Of a stretch of 64,000 nt of DNA, positions 1 through 12,740 are shown piece after piece. The first letter of the stretch is position 1. Each line of letters begins with the position of its first letter. The position numbers and the translations under genes are program-made. Source of the stretch: Harriotta raleighana (lineage: Eukaryota); NCBI GenBank assembly GCA_050575255.1, contig JBNZDD010013542.1, positions 590,955-654,954 on the forward strand, given 5' to 3'. The notes below the pieces were generated by a model. That model ran no database searches. It saw only the letters and a list, made by a program, of their open reading frames with translations, and had not been told where the DNA came from.

Positions 1-2254
1 TTCTTAGTTGGTGCCAGTCTATGAACAGATTTGGTCTGTTGTCCCTGTACTTTTGGTTAACTTTTCGGCTCCACCCACTTTGGCTCCCATCTCTAGTTCG
101 GGTGCCTAAGAAGTTCTGTTAAGTACTTTGGGAGGTGCTCCTGATGTCAAAGATGCTAAATACTATTGTAGGCCATTTCAGGTGCCATATTAAAGAAAGG
201 ATATTAGTTATGGAGAAGGCACTGAACACATTCACAAGAATTAATCTACAGGTGATAGGATGAAGCTGTGGGAGGCTGGAGAGATTAGGACATTTTCCAT
301 GAGACCAGAGCAGGTTGAGGGATCAGAGATGTATAACATAATGAAAGGATTTGAGAGGATAAACATTGAGAAACTAATTGGATTGGTAGACTATTGGTGC
401 AAGACTGTGTTGAATTTATAATCATAATTCTGGAAACGAAAGGGAAAATTAGGAAGAATTATTTTCTCCCAGATCAGAGGTGCATCAGAAGAAGAAATGA
501 TTTGCTGAGGGTACCGTCGAGCAAAGTGGTTTGGGGGGATTTTAAATAAAATGAGATAAGTGTATGCAGAGTGAAGAGTATTAGAAGATATAGGAAAAGA
601 GCAGGGAATTGGCATAGAAAGATGACTCCATTGGAGGGGCAAACACTAAAGAACCTTACTGTCTCACTGCTACAAACAAGACACTGAACATTCAGGCCAT
701 TGTAAAGTGGTGTATTAATACCTCTGGCCAATGATCACTTCAGTCCATACAGATTACAATGCTGTAGTGATAGCCTTGAAAATTCCCCTCAAATTCCCAA
801 TAAATCCTAGACTTCTTGCTTCCTGTGATGTTCCCCCTCTGCTTCTTTTCCTAGTTGCCAAATAAGTTGGGAAGAGATATGGACAGGGCGGACACAGAGA
901 GAGGAGCCTCCACTCTGTGTTTTTCCCAACATGAACATAGTCTCAGATGGCACTTATAGACACTTTTGTTTTAATCTCAGCTTCTTTTTTCGCGGAAGTG
1001 GAGCAGCATCTCTGCAACGTGGCGCAGTGTTAATATCAAAGTGATGGATCTTGTGCAGCAAGTGGGAAATCAAAATCTGCCCACCAGCGCTGCTCAAGAC
1101 AGAACAGCTTAGCTGCATGCTCTAATGTTTAAATTAATGTTTCGTTATGTTTTTTTATTTTCTACTTGAGATTTCCAAATAAGCTTCAACATCTGTCTGA
1201 AACCCTGTCCCATCAGGTGTCGCAATTCTGCGGCTCTCAAGCCCACGACAGGCTGGCTGGCTGGATGATTAACAGTGTGATATTCGTGATACGAATTTGC
1301 AGAGATGAGTGAGATTGTGCAGGGCCTGCTGGATGCCACTGTTTCACTCGCACTTTACTTCCCCCTCCACACCCACCCTCCTCTCGTGCACCCACCGACG
1401 TGTGAGAGGACGGCTCCACCGGCCCTTCCCCAAGTGGATGTTTTTCATGCGTGAGCTCGACAATGAGTGTGGTCTTTGTGGATTCCACAGATGCCGGCAG
1501 TTAGGACCTCACTTGTGTGGCTGTTCTTCCAAGTGTGAGGATGGATTGTCAGTGTCAGCAAGCACCCAATCCATGGTCTATAATCTGCTGATACTAACAA
1601 TCCAGGAATATGCATTTAGTAAGATACCAGGTCAGCAATTTTAGGAGAAACTATTATTCAGGTTCAGATTTAGAATGAAATATAGTCACCAAGACTACAT
1701 TTGATAGCCTTGTTGTTTGACATGTACATGTTTGACATGGCTGCAAGATATTACACCCTCACCAGAGAGGGCCTATCACAAAGAATATTCCAGAATAATA
1801 CAATGGAAACATAGCTGGTGTGACGGTCAGTTACCAGAACCAATCTTGCCTGGAATCACTGCACTCTCCCAGTAAGTTGATAGGCCTCTGCAAGAAACAC
1901 AATACCCAAGGAAGAGTAGGACAGATTTGATAATGATCTGACAATGCTACCTATGCACTGGCATGGCTCCAGCATTGGTTACATATTGACACAGAGTCTC
2001 TGGATGCTGAGAAGTCAATAAGGCTAATTGGAAAACAATATTTTTTCCGGATTTGGGAGAGCTCTGATGGGTGGAAACATACGTTACCTTCAGTTCGTTC
2101 CCTGCTGTAAAGAAGCACATTGATTGCTTGTTGCTCACTATAACAGACATTACAATACAGTAGGACACTCAATGGGATAGCACTGTTACTTTCCATTTCT
2201 GTCAGTTCAGAATTCTATGGGTTTCAGTGAGATAACGCCATGAGGTGTATGGAA

Positions 2255-2475
2255 TGCTGAGTACAAAATGGCTTTATTGTGGTTTTGTAGGACGTCAGTG
2301 TGCTCCCAACAAAGTGCTCACTGAAAATCTTGAAAGTGGCCCGTTTCTTGGCTTGGGGCCTGAGTTCACTGGATGCTGTGCAAGGCATTCGGCTGCTGAG
2401 AGGCAATAAAGCAAGTGGCGACGAATTGTGCGTGAGAGTACATTTTGTGCTTGGGAACAATTCACAGCGAGAGAG
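2255..2475 (-). other. SKAP1: Putative non-coding terminal (3'UTR) exon of the SKAP gene
   Basis: Strong polypyrimidine acceptor tctattttctctcccattctctctcttgtttcag| before 2475, and AATAAA at 2278-2273 on the minus strand. A downstream exon is required by the donor at 5325. The 3' end is estimated. Confidence 0.55.
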
Positions 2476-2807
2476 CTGAAACAAGAGAGAGAATGGGAGA
2501 GAAAATAGAATGGGATGATGTAAACACTTGTCAGGTCTCTGCAAGTCAGCACTTTCTTTTCCCTCAACCCCATGCCAGTGCTTGGGAAAATCAGATTCAC
2601 GTTAAGATCTGAAAGGAATATCTCCTTCTTCCCCGCCCGACAAACCTCCAGATAAATTGATTATTGATTACGACTATTTCTGGGACATCACTATGCACTA
2701 ATTTGGCTGCTGCATTCACCTACAAATACAAGCCTTTTACTAAAACTTAGAAGCACCTTGAGACATTTACTGGTGCTATATTCAATTTACGGATTATTAT
2801 TAATTAT

Positions 2808-3109
2808 TAATAATTGCATTTGATATATATCTTTTCACATCTTCTAGATATCTCAAAGTGCTTTGCAGAATATACTATAAAGTGAATTGACTGTATGTAT
2901 GTGGGCTAAAACGCAAAAGGCATTTGTGCTTAGCAGTGTCCCACAAACAGTCATGGATTGAAATGACCAATTTATTATTGTTTCCTTTTGAGGGATTGTA
3001 TTAGGCATGTGGAGTAAGGAAACTTGCCCAAGATTTTGCCCTGTCTGGAATCTAAGTCAGGTCTCTCGCTTGCAAGGTGAGTGCTCTAACCACTGAGTTA
3101 CAGAACTCC
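2808..3109 (-). mobile_element. tRNA-derived SINE, short subfamily
   Basis: Reverse complement of the shared head (ggagt.ctgtagctcagtggttagagc), body and (TTA)n tail. Confidence 0.85.
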
Positions 3110-4082
3110 ACATAGTTATAATCCTCCCTCTGCTCCCTTTGTTTCCAAAGGTGGGTGGGGCAAACTTTCACCTGTGTCTAGATTTACTCTGTTAATGTAG
3201 TTTTTCACTATCCAGAATTTGGCACATTTTTCAATTCAGCAAAGAATTTACAGAAAACCAGCTTCAAAATTAAGCCTGTATTTGAGAAATTGCCAGATTC
3301 TCTGCTCTCTGAAAGGCTACATTAATAGAGCAATTATTGACCCTGTAGAATTCTACTTCTTTGCTTCTGAAATCCCTTTTAAGACTTCATATGGCGCTGG
3401 ATAACTTCCAGGACTTGTTTAAAGTGGCCATTCTTCATGTGTGAACTCAGAGTGAGTGTTGACAGGACATTCAACTGCAGGGAGTTGTCGTCAGCCCAAT
3501 CCTATCTTTACCCCATATCCACACCACATCCACACACGTGCCTTCCACTGGGAGGATGTCACTGGGTATCAACTGGAAACAGGAACCCTGACTGATGTTT
3601 CCTTTTCTAGTCAAGAAGCCACAAGGCCAATCGTGGGACTGACTGATAGCCCCACTGAGCTGAACTAACTCACCGAGAGGAGCCACGTTTTAAACCTAAA
3701 ACTTTACCAGTTTGTCTAGCTCAGATTCACAACAATTTACAATCAACTGAGCCAGTGGAGAGTTCAAGTGGCCATTTCATCATTCCTTTGTCAGGGAGAT
3801 GAGCTGTGAGGCTGTTTTTGCAGTACACAATCTTTTGTTTCTGTTACACCAGATGATGCCACAATATGCTAGAACTGGGGACAAGTGGATCAGGAACAGA
3901 TGTCTCTCCAATTGGACCCTAGGGGTACTGAGAGCATGGAACAACTTGGAGAAATAGTTTTGGGTAGTAACAGGCAAGCTGCACATCTCCTGTATAGTGA
4001 CGCTTACTTCAGTGACTGACTGACTGACTGGACAGAGTTGCACTCGGGGGCGTAACCGTACCCCACACCTCCCTACAGAAAT

Positions 4083-4403
4083 GGAGTCCTGAAGCTCAGT
4101 GGGTAGAGCACTCGCCTTACAAGACCTGTGTTTCGAATCCAGGCAGGTCAGGGCGAAACCTTGGGCAAGTTTCCTTACTCCACATACCTGATAATAATCC
4201 CTCCAAAACAAAAACTATAATTGGTCATTTCAATCCATGACTGTTTGTGGGATCCTGCTGTGTGCAATTGGCTCCCACATTTCGCCCATAAAAAATATAT
4301 ATAGTCAATTCACTTTACAGTATATTCTGTGAATTGTGAAGTGCTTTGAGATGTCTAGAAGATGTGAAAAGCTCTATATCAAATGCAAGGATTATTATTA
4401 TTA
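4083..4403 (+). mobile_element. tRNA-derived SINE, short subfamily, near full length
   Basis: A-box-like agctcagtgg, B-box-like ttcgaatcc, body gactgtttgtggga..ctgctgtgtgcaattggct, tail tatatcaaatgcaaggattattattatt. Confidence 0.9.
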
Positions 4404-5327
4404 TAAGTGTGTTGAAGGTCAGAGCTGATGAAGGGGGAATGGCTTTGCTCTGGTGGGGGGGGCACAGCTGTTTATTCCAGGGAATATTTATTTTGGTGCT
4501 GAGGTTATTGTTTACCTGGGGGTGGACTGCTGTTTACCCTGCGAGTGGGAAGTTAAGTGCGTCCACGAACAGTGTGGCCTCCCCCCAACTCACCCAGGGT
4601 ACAACATGGGGGTATTTCACTGTACTTGCTTTTATCAGTGATATTCACTATCCTCTACCCTTTGGAACTTGGGAAGCAGACTACCTTCTTTAGCCATCAG
4701 CTGGTGAGCAGGTTAACTGGAGTAGATGATACAGAGCCAGGCATTTCCTTGCATTCTGCCTGCACTGCAGGTGCGGCTGTGTGTCTCCACAGCAATAAAT
4801 ATTTAATTCCTTTTGTAATGTAAGTGCAGCCTCATCACAAGCTGTTGGTGGGGTGGGGCGGTCATGTGATAAAGGGGCAGCAATTCAATTTGGGTGATGT
4901 GGAACAGTGTCGGGTGGTGCGGGGGGGGGGGAGGGGTAAGACGGAGCACGAGGTGGAGGGTTAATAAAACTAAACCAGGTGTTAGCCCTGGCAGCAGTGA
5001 ACCCCAACACTAGCTGCTGATGCTTGTACCGTCCACAGCATCGAGAGGGACCTTAACGCAGTATATGTATGCTTCAATTTAACAGATCACACATCGCTGA
5101 GCAAGAACAGTCATGTCCTCGCTGAGTCAATGCCCTCATCCTGTCCCCACTGACTTACACATCCCCATCTACACCAGTCAGTGACTGTATCCTTCTCACA
5201 CCCAATAAGTTGATGATGTTACTGTCAGTCACTCCCGGGTACCATTCCCGAGATCCATCTGTTACAGACTGGAGCCACACAAACTGCCCCCCAACTCTGC
5301 TGGTACAAAGCCCACATGCACCTACCT

Positions 5328-5420
5328 TTACAACTCGTACGCTTCCATGAGATAATCCTTTGGGACAATACCAATGATACCCTTCAGCTCTCCAACCCAC
5401 CAACCGTCTGAATTGTACTC
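5328..5420 (-). CDS. SKAP1: SKAP-family adaptor, last coding exon (EYNSDGWWVGELKGIIGIVPKDYLMEAYEL*)
   Basis: Acceptor tttctccttcttttcag|GAG, phase 0, matching the donor at 48400. GWWVGE..G.VPK.Y completes the SH3. TAA at 5330-5328 is followed 2 nt later by donor AG|gtaggt. Confidence 0.95.
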   Translation of the reverse strand, partial: EYNSDGWWVGELKGIIGIVPKDYLMEAYEL

Positions 5421-5579
5421 CTGAAAAGAAGGAGAAAGGAGTTAGAAGACATTAGATCTTCTCCTCTCTGTCAAACCAGTTCAATGTTATCCATCTTCTC
5501 CTGATGGTGCTGATTAAAAGGGATCTGTGTCTAATACTCTCTTATTACCTCATTCTAAATAACCCTCTGGTATTCCTGT

Positions 5580-5938
5580 GGAGTCCTGTAGCTCAGTGGT
5601 CATAACGGTTGCCTTGCAAACAAGAGGACCTGGGCAAGGCAAAATACTGGGCAATTTTCCTTACTCCACACACCTGTTTACACACACCTGCAGTAAGTAG
5701 GAAAGTAAGTTAGTCGATAAGCAGATTGCTTTTCCGTGGGATAGTAATCCCTTAAAAAAATAACAATTTGGTCAGTCAATCCATGACTGTTTGTGGGACA
5801 CTGCTGTGCGCAGCGTTTGGCTGCCAGGTTTCGCCCACAAAATACGCAGTCAATTCACTTTACATGAAGCTCTCTCGGACATCCTGAAAACATGATAAGG
5901 CCCTCTATCAAATGCAAGGATTATTATTATTATTATTA
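5580..5938 (+). mobile_element. tRNA-derived SINE, long subfamily
   Basis: Same head and tail, plus the internal cctgttta..gcagtaagtagg..gggatagtaatccc segment. Confidence 0.85.
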
Positions 5939-7504
5939 TAATGATACTGCTATGTTTGGCTAAGTTTGCACTTGTCGAGGAGTGACTTTTTACTGCATTT
6001 TGTGATCCAAAGTGGCAGTTCACTCAGCCTGAAAGTCAGATTTGAATACAAATTATTAACATTGCGATAAGCTATTCCCTGTTGCAAACTAAGAAGTGTC
6101 TGAGAAATTATTTGCCATTCTTGTCTGGTTATTGCTGGTGTAATTTCGAGTCAGCTCATTACATAAATGCCTCCGACAATCGTTAAGTAAAAAGGGAACA
6201 AAAGACAGATTGGAACACATGCAGACCATACAATCCAGCGCCCTCGCCTCTCCATCACAGCTCCACACTGTGCCAAACAGCAGCAAAGTGAAGCACCATA
6301 AAACCCCCTAAAGCTCCCATTTCTAAAACCTTTAACGGTGCCCACATTAAACCGTGCAGATGTTTTCTAATTATCCTAAATTTGCAATAAACCAAACCCA
6401 GGTTTGGAATCCTGATCAGCCAGACCTCTGGCTGCTGGGACTTTGATTAAACACCTCTCTGTGAAGCACACCGAGCATAACAGTCTCTCTCTGGTGATGG
6501 TGTACACATCAAAACCTCTTCCAGCTTTGCCTCGGTTTCCCAGCTTTGTAGTAACAGTTAGAAGGGGAATTGGCACCACGCACTCACCATATTATGGAAT
6601 GAATTGCACCATTAGGGCTCAATACTGAATGAATAACAAGCGGCTAGTGAATGCTATCAAACACACTTTGGGCCTGAGCGACACATTGTTAAGTGACTAT
6701 TTCCAGGTACTCCTCGGTGGCCTGGCCTCTTAACCCGCTGCCAGCACTGAATGGGTAATATTTTTGCTGACGCCTATTTAAAAGCTGTTACATTTTGCCA
6801 TCAACTCTGTGCTATAAGATGGTTTAAGGGGCTTGCCAGTGCAAGAGGCACCATCCATCAAACTTAAACCAGCAAAACCACATCACGTTTGATACACAGA
6901 GAAAAAAAAGCCCAATGAATCAAACAACCTCTTGGATTATGATTGCTTATTGCTGTTATTACTGCTTACTAATAACATAATCATATTTTACATCAGCCAC
7001 AATGGCACTCCGTGACGTGACCCGTGCTGTAAAGCATGCAGCTTGCAATAACATTTTGGCAATGTGGCTGCAATAATCGAGATTAGCATTTCACAATGAG
7101 GCACCTTCCATTCATTTATGCCTCAGCAGAGTGCGAATCAATCCCACGCCTCTCACACCCTTTCAGATCCAGACTTTGGGCTTTGGGATGTGAAAGGCAC
7201 TATAGAAATGTTAATTGTATTATCCTTGCCTGTGATGATACCTAGCAGGAGGAAAAAAATATGTCAGGAATGGAGAGCGCCAATTGATTCTGTTTCTCGA
7301 TCTCTGAAGAAGGTAAGTGTGGGGCCAGGTGATTTGACGGCTGCATTTCTGATGTGTGTAAAAGGGAGAGGTGAAACCTGATTAATCCACGACTGAGAAA
7401 CAATGGTGTGGGAGGGGGCGTGGGGGGTGGTAGACACAGACACTTTAACTGTAAAGTCTCTAATGCTGGGAAAAAGCCAGCTTGCAGTTAGCAGTGTTGT
7501 AATG

Positions 7505-7930
7505 TAATAATAATAATAATAATCCTCGCATTTTAAATAGCACTTGCGACATGGGTAAGATGTTTCAGAGTTCTTCACAAGATTTTACTGTGGAGTGATT
7601 CTGTATTTTGGACATGGCAGCCAATTTACACACAACCAATTAATTCCCAAGTAGCAAAACCAATGACCACTTAAAGAAAGATATTTGAGGCATTGTCAGC
7701 TAGTACTCAGGAGAAACTCCCTTTCTCTTTCTGAATACTGCCATCGGGGCTTTAATATCCCAACGAACAAAACCTTTGTTTAACATCTCATCTGAAGGAT
7801 GAAACCCTTGACAATGCAATGCTCCCTCCAGTGCAGTATTGTGGTGTCAGCCCAGAGTGTGAAATCCAAGTCCTAATATGGGGTTTGAACTTCTAACTCA
7901 GAGCTGCGAGGGCTACCAACTCAGCAAGTT
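7505..7930 (-). mobile_element. Old DeuSINE-like element
   Basis: Reverse of the Deu-domain-like cttcagatgagatgttaaac..aggtt motif and the shared tail; diverged. Confidence 0.6.
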
Positions 7931-8659
7931 GACACCTAAATGTGTTGAACCTTTTTTGGAGAGCACAGCTTACCTGGCTCAAGGCTCCATCCTGTAACAT
8001 AATCATCACTTCAGTATGTAGTTGTTATTAGGTCATGACTTGTGATGCCTCGTTTGATCTGTTAATGAGCACTGGTAAGTTTCACTATTCTTGTCCACCT
8101 TGGACAAACGTGTTTCTCAGGGTTGGGGACATGCTTACTTACACCTGAAACTCTCACTGGTGAATAAAGTAGGTTGATCAACCTGTAATAATGTTTGGGA
8201 TTTCTATGGAGCTGTAATGCAATGCATTTGAATCAATGTGAACCTAGAGAGCCCTAGTTCTTCCCGAGGAGGATTATGTATATATAAGTTCATGTGCAAG
8301 AGGTAATAAAAAAAACTGCATTCAGCCCATCCATGCTTCTCATTTCAGAGATTACACAAAATACACTCTGTTATGAACTTCATTGCACTACTTTAATCCC
8401 TTAGGGAAAGATCTATAGAGGGACTTGCTGAGGTATTCGAACAAAAGCTCTGGGAAGAAGAGCTTTGTGTGGAGTCCAACTCCAGGTTCTTGGGAAACTA
8501 TGTGCTATGTTGCAATAGATAGTAGTTCCTGGGAAGATGATTTCTCTCAAATCGTGTGACACTACAAGGAATACTTATCCGCAAAGCAACCTAACTTGAG
8601 GTTGAGCAGCTAAAATGGAGTAATGACTGATCTGAGACTCAATAAAGTGAAGGCTGGGC

Positions 8660-9325
8660 ATCCCAGCAGATCAGAGAGGTAAAGAGGCATGAGACTATTT
8701 GAAAACAATTGATAGGCTCTTGAAGTCAATCTGTTTGGTGATTGGGAGCCAGTGGAGACAGGCAAGGATTGGTGTGATGGGGGTATGGAGTTTTGTGCAG
8801 GTGACTGTTGGATTAATTGGATTTTATGTATGGTGGAGTCAGGGAGACCTGTGAGGATGGCATTGGAATAGTCTGGGTAGGATATGACAAAGGTGTGGAC
8901 AAGGGTTTTGGCTGTGTTGGTTGTGTGGTTTGGACTGAAGTGGGTAATGTGACACAGGTAGAAAAAAGCGGTCCTTGTCAGGGAACAGGTGTGGGTTAGA
9001 AAGGAACGCTGGGGATTGAATCTGACCCTTCAGTTGCATATGGGTTTGGTGAGTCTGACGGAGAGCGCAGGGAGGTGGAGGAGTTCAGATCCGTAGGAGA
9101 GAAGATGTTGATGGCTGCCAAAAAGTATAGATTCCGCCTTGCCGACATTCAGCTGCAGAAATAGTCCAGCTGGGAAGTGACAAAAGCGTGGACAAAGGTT
9201 TCGGCTGCATTGATTGTGAGGTCCGGACAGATGCAGAGAGCGGTAGAAAGTAAAGAATGACTGCTTGCAAAAGATGCCAGAGTGATACATGCACCCATAG
9301 ACTTGGCAGTGACTCAAAGGCAGAT
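8660..9325 (-). mobile_element. L2-clade LINE fragment (ORF2 RT C-terminus)
   Basis: Remnant peptide FLQLNVGKAESILFGS; similar to the fragments at 13549 and 20510. Confidence 0.75.
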
Positions 9326-10085
9326 AAAAAAGATAAAACACATTTTGTGCTAGGTTTCTCTTGTACTGTGTGGCATGTAAAACTGTTAACAATATTCTAG
9401 TGTACTCTATTTCCAAACATGCACTTTACAGAGCCTCGGATCTGCAATACACAGACTTATTATGGTAACTACTACTTATTGTGGTAACTACTACTTTTTG
9501 TGGTAACTACTAAATAATATGTCTCACTATTTAGGACCCATTTTAAATATGAGATGACAGGAGAAAGTTTGAAGTTAATTAGTCAGTTAATTAGTTAGTT
9601 AATTAGTTAGTTAATTAGTGGGGCTGAGGCTGAATTTTCTCTCTCAGAGAATAACTTGAACAGGTTTTTCACAGAATGTTTTTTTTAAATTCTCTACAAC
9701 ATCCTCTCCTGAAGGTGTTATCTCTTCTTTGTTCTGGGGCACAAGAGCCAACCATCCACCGCTACTACATTCACAGACTTAAAAGAAAGGCAGCTGCAAT
9801 CCCTCCACCTCACTCCCTCCTTTTCCATTTTCATGTCGCGCCTGAAGACCTTACTGTTCGACCGCGTCTATGGTCACCTTCCCCTCCCCCTGGCTCGGCC
9901 TCGGGTGTGAAGCGCTCTAAGATACCGTCTGGCGTGAAGGGCACTATATAAATCCAAGTTGTTGTTGTTGCATTCACAGTCCTTAACTCTAACTCTAAGT
10001 AAGCAAGGGAAACTCTAGAATCAAAGATTACAGTAAATATCTTACATAGAAAGCTTGACAGATGTGGATCTGACATATGGAGTTT

Positions 10086-10380
10086 AATAACAATAATAAT
10101 CCTTGCATTCGAAACAGTGCTTTTTATCTAGATGTCTCAAAGCGCCTCACAGAATATACTGTAAAATGAATTGACTCTATATTTGTGGGTGAAACGCAGC
10201 AGCCAGTTGCGCACAGCAATCTCCCATAAACAGTCATGGACTGAAATGACCAGATTCTTTTTGTGTGATTATTATTAGGTGTGTTGTAAGGAAACTTGCG
10301 CAAAGTTTTGCCCTGCTGAGAACTGAACCCAGGTCTCTTGCTTAAAAGTGAGTGTTCTAACCACTGAGCTACAGGACTCC
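10086..10380 (-). mobile_element. tRNA-derived SINE, short subfamily
   Basis: Full head-to-tail match to the other copies. Confidence 0.9.
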
Positions 10381-11749
10381 GATATGGAATATCAGTAAAA
10401 ATAATATGGCGTATAATACACATAAATACAAGTTACTGCATAGAAAATACAAATAGACACATATTTACTCTATTCTTGTGACAGACTTTTATCAAGGTAA
10501 AAATGATCTGGGACGTTAGTTGAAACAAAAACAGAAGTTACTGGGAACACTCGGCAATATCTATGCAGAAAGAAAAGTGAGCGAGCATTTCAAGTCCAAG
10601 ACCCTTCGTCAAAACTGGAGCATGTTGGGTAGGTGGGTTGGAGGGGGGGAGGGGGGGGGGCGGTTGAGGCTTTTAAGGACTAACAGAAAGTGGAGGGCAG
10701 GGCAAGGAAGGCAAAGGAGAAAATTGGTTTAGAGGAACTGGAGATGATGGGTTAAAGAGGTGTTAATAATGCAAAATGGTGGGGGGAACTGCAACAAAAG
10801 TCACCCCTCTCTATTAGTCATTAAAAGCTTCTCCCTCCCAAGGAAAGGAAATTGAGCATCTTTTCCCTCACAAGCTCACTGGACCCTTACCAGTCTATTC
10901 CGATCCTACTCTGATCTTTTTGTCTATTGAATGACTCATCCCTAAGTTATTTTGTCAGTCTCCAATTGTGCGACTCAGTTTGAGTATCTTTGCATCTCTT
11001 CCAAACAAACGATAAGCTATCTATGTCTCACCAGAGAAATTAGCAACAAAAACTTATCAGTCATCATGTTGTGGTATGTTACCCACATCAGTTCTTAACA
11101 TTCCAAAATGAGAATTGTGAGTTTTTATTAGTGTGTTTTTTTCCTACCCTAAAGACACTAACTTGTGCTTGCATACAATTTGATGGCTTCATTAAGTATT
11201 TGAAGATTAGGAGTCACAGTGAAGTACTGTCAAAGCAATTGAGGAAGCTCAGAGACACAGATGGAAGGTAAACATAAGAGACTCAATACATGACAGGAAC
11301 CAGAACACCAGATGGTACACCGCCAATAGGAAAGACCAATGCAGATCTGGAGACAACAGGAGAAAATTAAGAGAAAGTTTTGCTGAATATATAAAATGAC
11401 ATCTCAGAACAACATTGGAAAGTGCACTAGTGGCTTGGTGTTAAACTTTTTATCTTCTTGTAATAATACAAAAGGACCAAGACCAACAATTTCCTCGTGA
11501 CCCATGTAGACACCAAACAACACAAACGTTTCACTAAACCTAAATTCCTCTCCTGCTCACAACTGAGACCTTGTCACAGCTCAGCGTAGCAGCTGTACCT
11601 TGGGGATGCTGACATGAGCATCCTGTCTTCTTCATATTTCCTCCACTGAATTCAGCGCCTTGGGACGGCCTCCCGATGTGAAAGGCTCTAAACAAATGTA
11701 ATTTTGTTGTTGTTGAACGATGATTCACACTGGTATTCAGGTCTCGGGT

Positions 11750-11995
11750 CGAAGTTACTCCCTACTGAGTTGAGGAGAAACTTCTTCACTCAGATGGTGG
11801 TGAATTTAAGGAATTCTCTACCCCAAAAGGCTGTAGATGCATCTACAGCCTTTTCAAGACTGAAATTGACAGATTTCTTGTGGACAAAGGAATTAAGGGA
11901 TATGGGGATAAGACGGGTAGGTGGAGTTAAATTAGAAGATCAACCATTATCTTATTGAATGGCGGGGCATTCCTGCTCCTAATTCCTATGTTCTT
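11750..11995 (+). mobile_element. CR1-clade LINE 3' fragment
   Basis: Peptide ELRRNFFTQMVVNLRNSLPQKAV (CR1 ORF2 C-terminus) followed by a 3'UTR ending cctatgttctt. Confidence 0.8.
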
Positions 11996-12740
11996 TTGTT
12001 CTAGTATGTTGCATTAGTAACCAATGTTCATGTGTGGCTAGGCAGTGAATAACGGCTGGATGTTTGATGGGAATGGACGGTGGAAGACATCACAGGTAAG
12101 CACTTTCCTGTCATCAGCTGGCACCCACACAATCGCTGTCTGCATCTGCAGCCAGTGGACAATGATCATGAGTCGTAGGTTTGCAAGAAAGTAAGAAAAG
12201 GGTTAATGGCCGAGCTGCAGTTCCCACACTGCTCTTCCTCATGTTCTGTGAGGCAGTCATGTGGTACAGTTCCATGATTTTAAGTGACTGTTTTCATTGT
12301 TTGCCCATTGGTTTCTGTATTGTATCCAGACTGTGTTCCACAAATTGAAGTTCCAAAATAAGTTAAGGAGGAAGTTTGGAGTAAAAAGGGAAATCATGTA
12401 GAACACTGTTACACAAAGGACAATAGACTCGGGTGAAAAAGTTGCCAGGGAAAAATTATTGAAGTGAATAGTAATAACGTCTATCATTCATTGATCTCTA
12501 AAGGTAGACATTTTTTGAGTCTTTCTAATGGGAAATCCCATTATCTTGATAGAAATCAGTTCAATATACACCCCCAATGCATATTTGAAGAGAAAAAATA
12601 GATGGTGGGAGATGAAAACGTGGAGATCAGTCAAACAATAAAGGGCTTGTTGGGTGCAGAGCCCGTCTTTTACATTTTAAATACTTGTACATTTGCAACC
12701 TCCGTGCTTCAATGATATGGGAGGGAAGGAGCAGATTTCT

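Noticed and set aside
5155-5403. 82-aa ORF overlapping the last coding exon
   Set aside because: Wrong frame; the SH3 frame is 5420-5328.
9460-9620. Short tandem repeats (tggtaactactact x3; (gttaattagtta)n)
   Set aside because: Ordinary slippage repeats with no sign of function.
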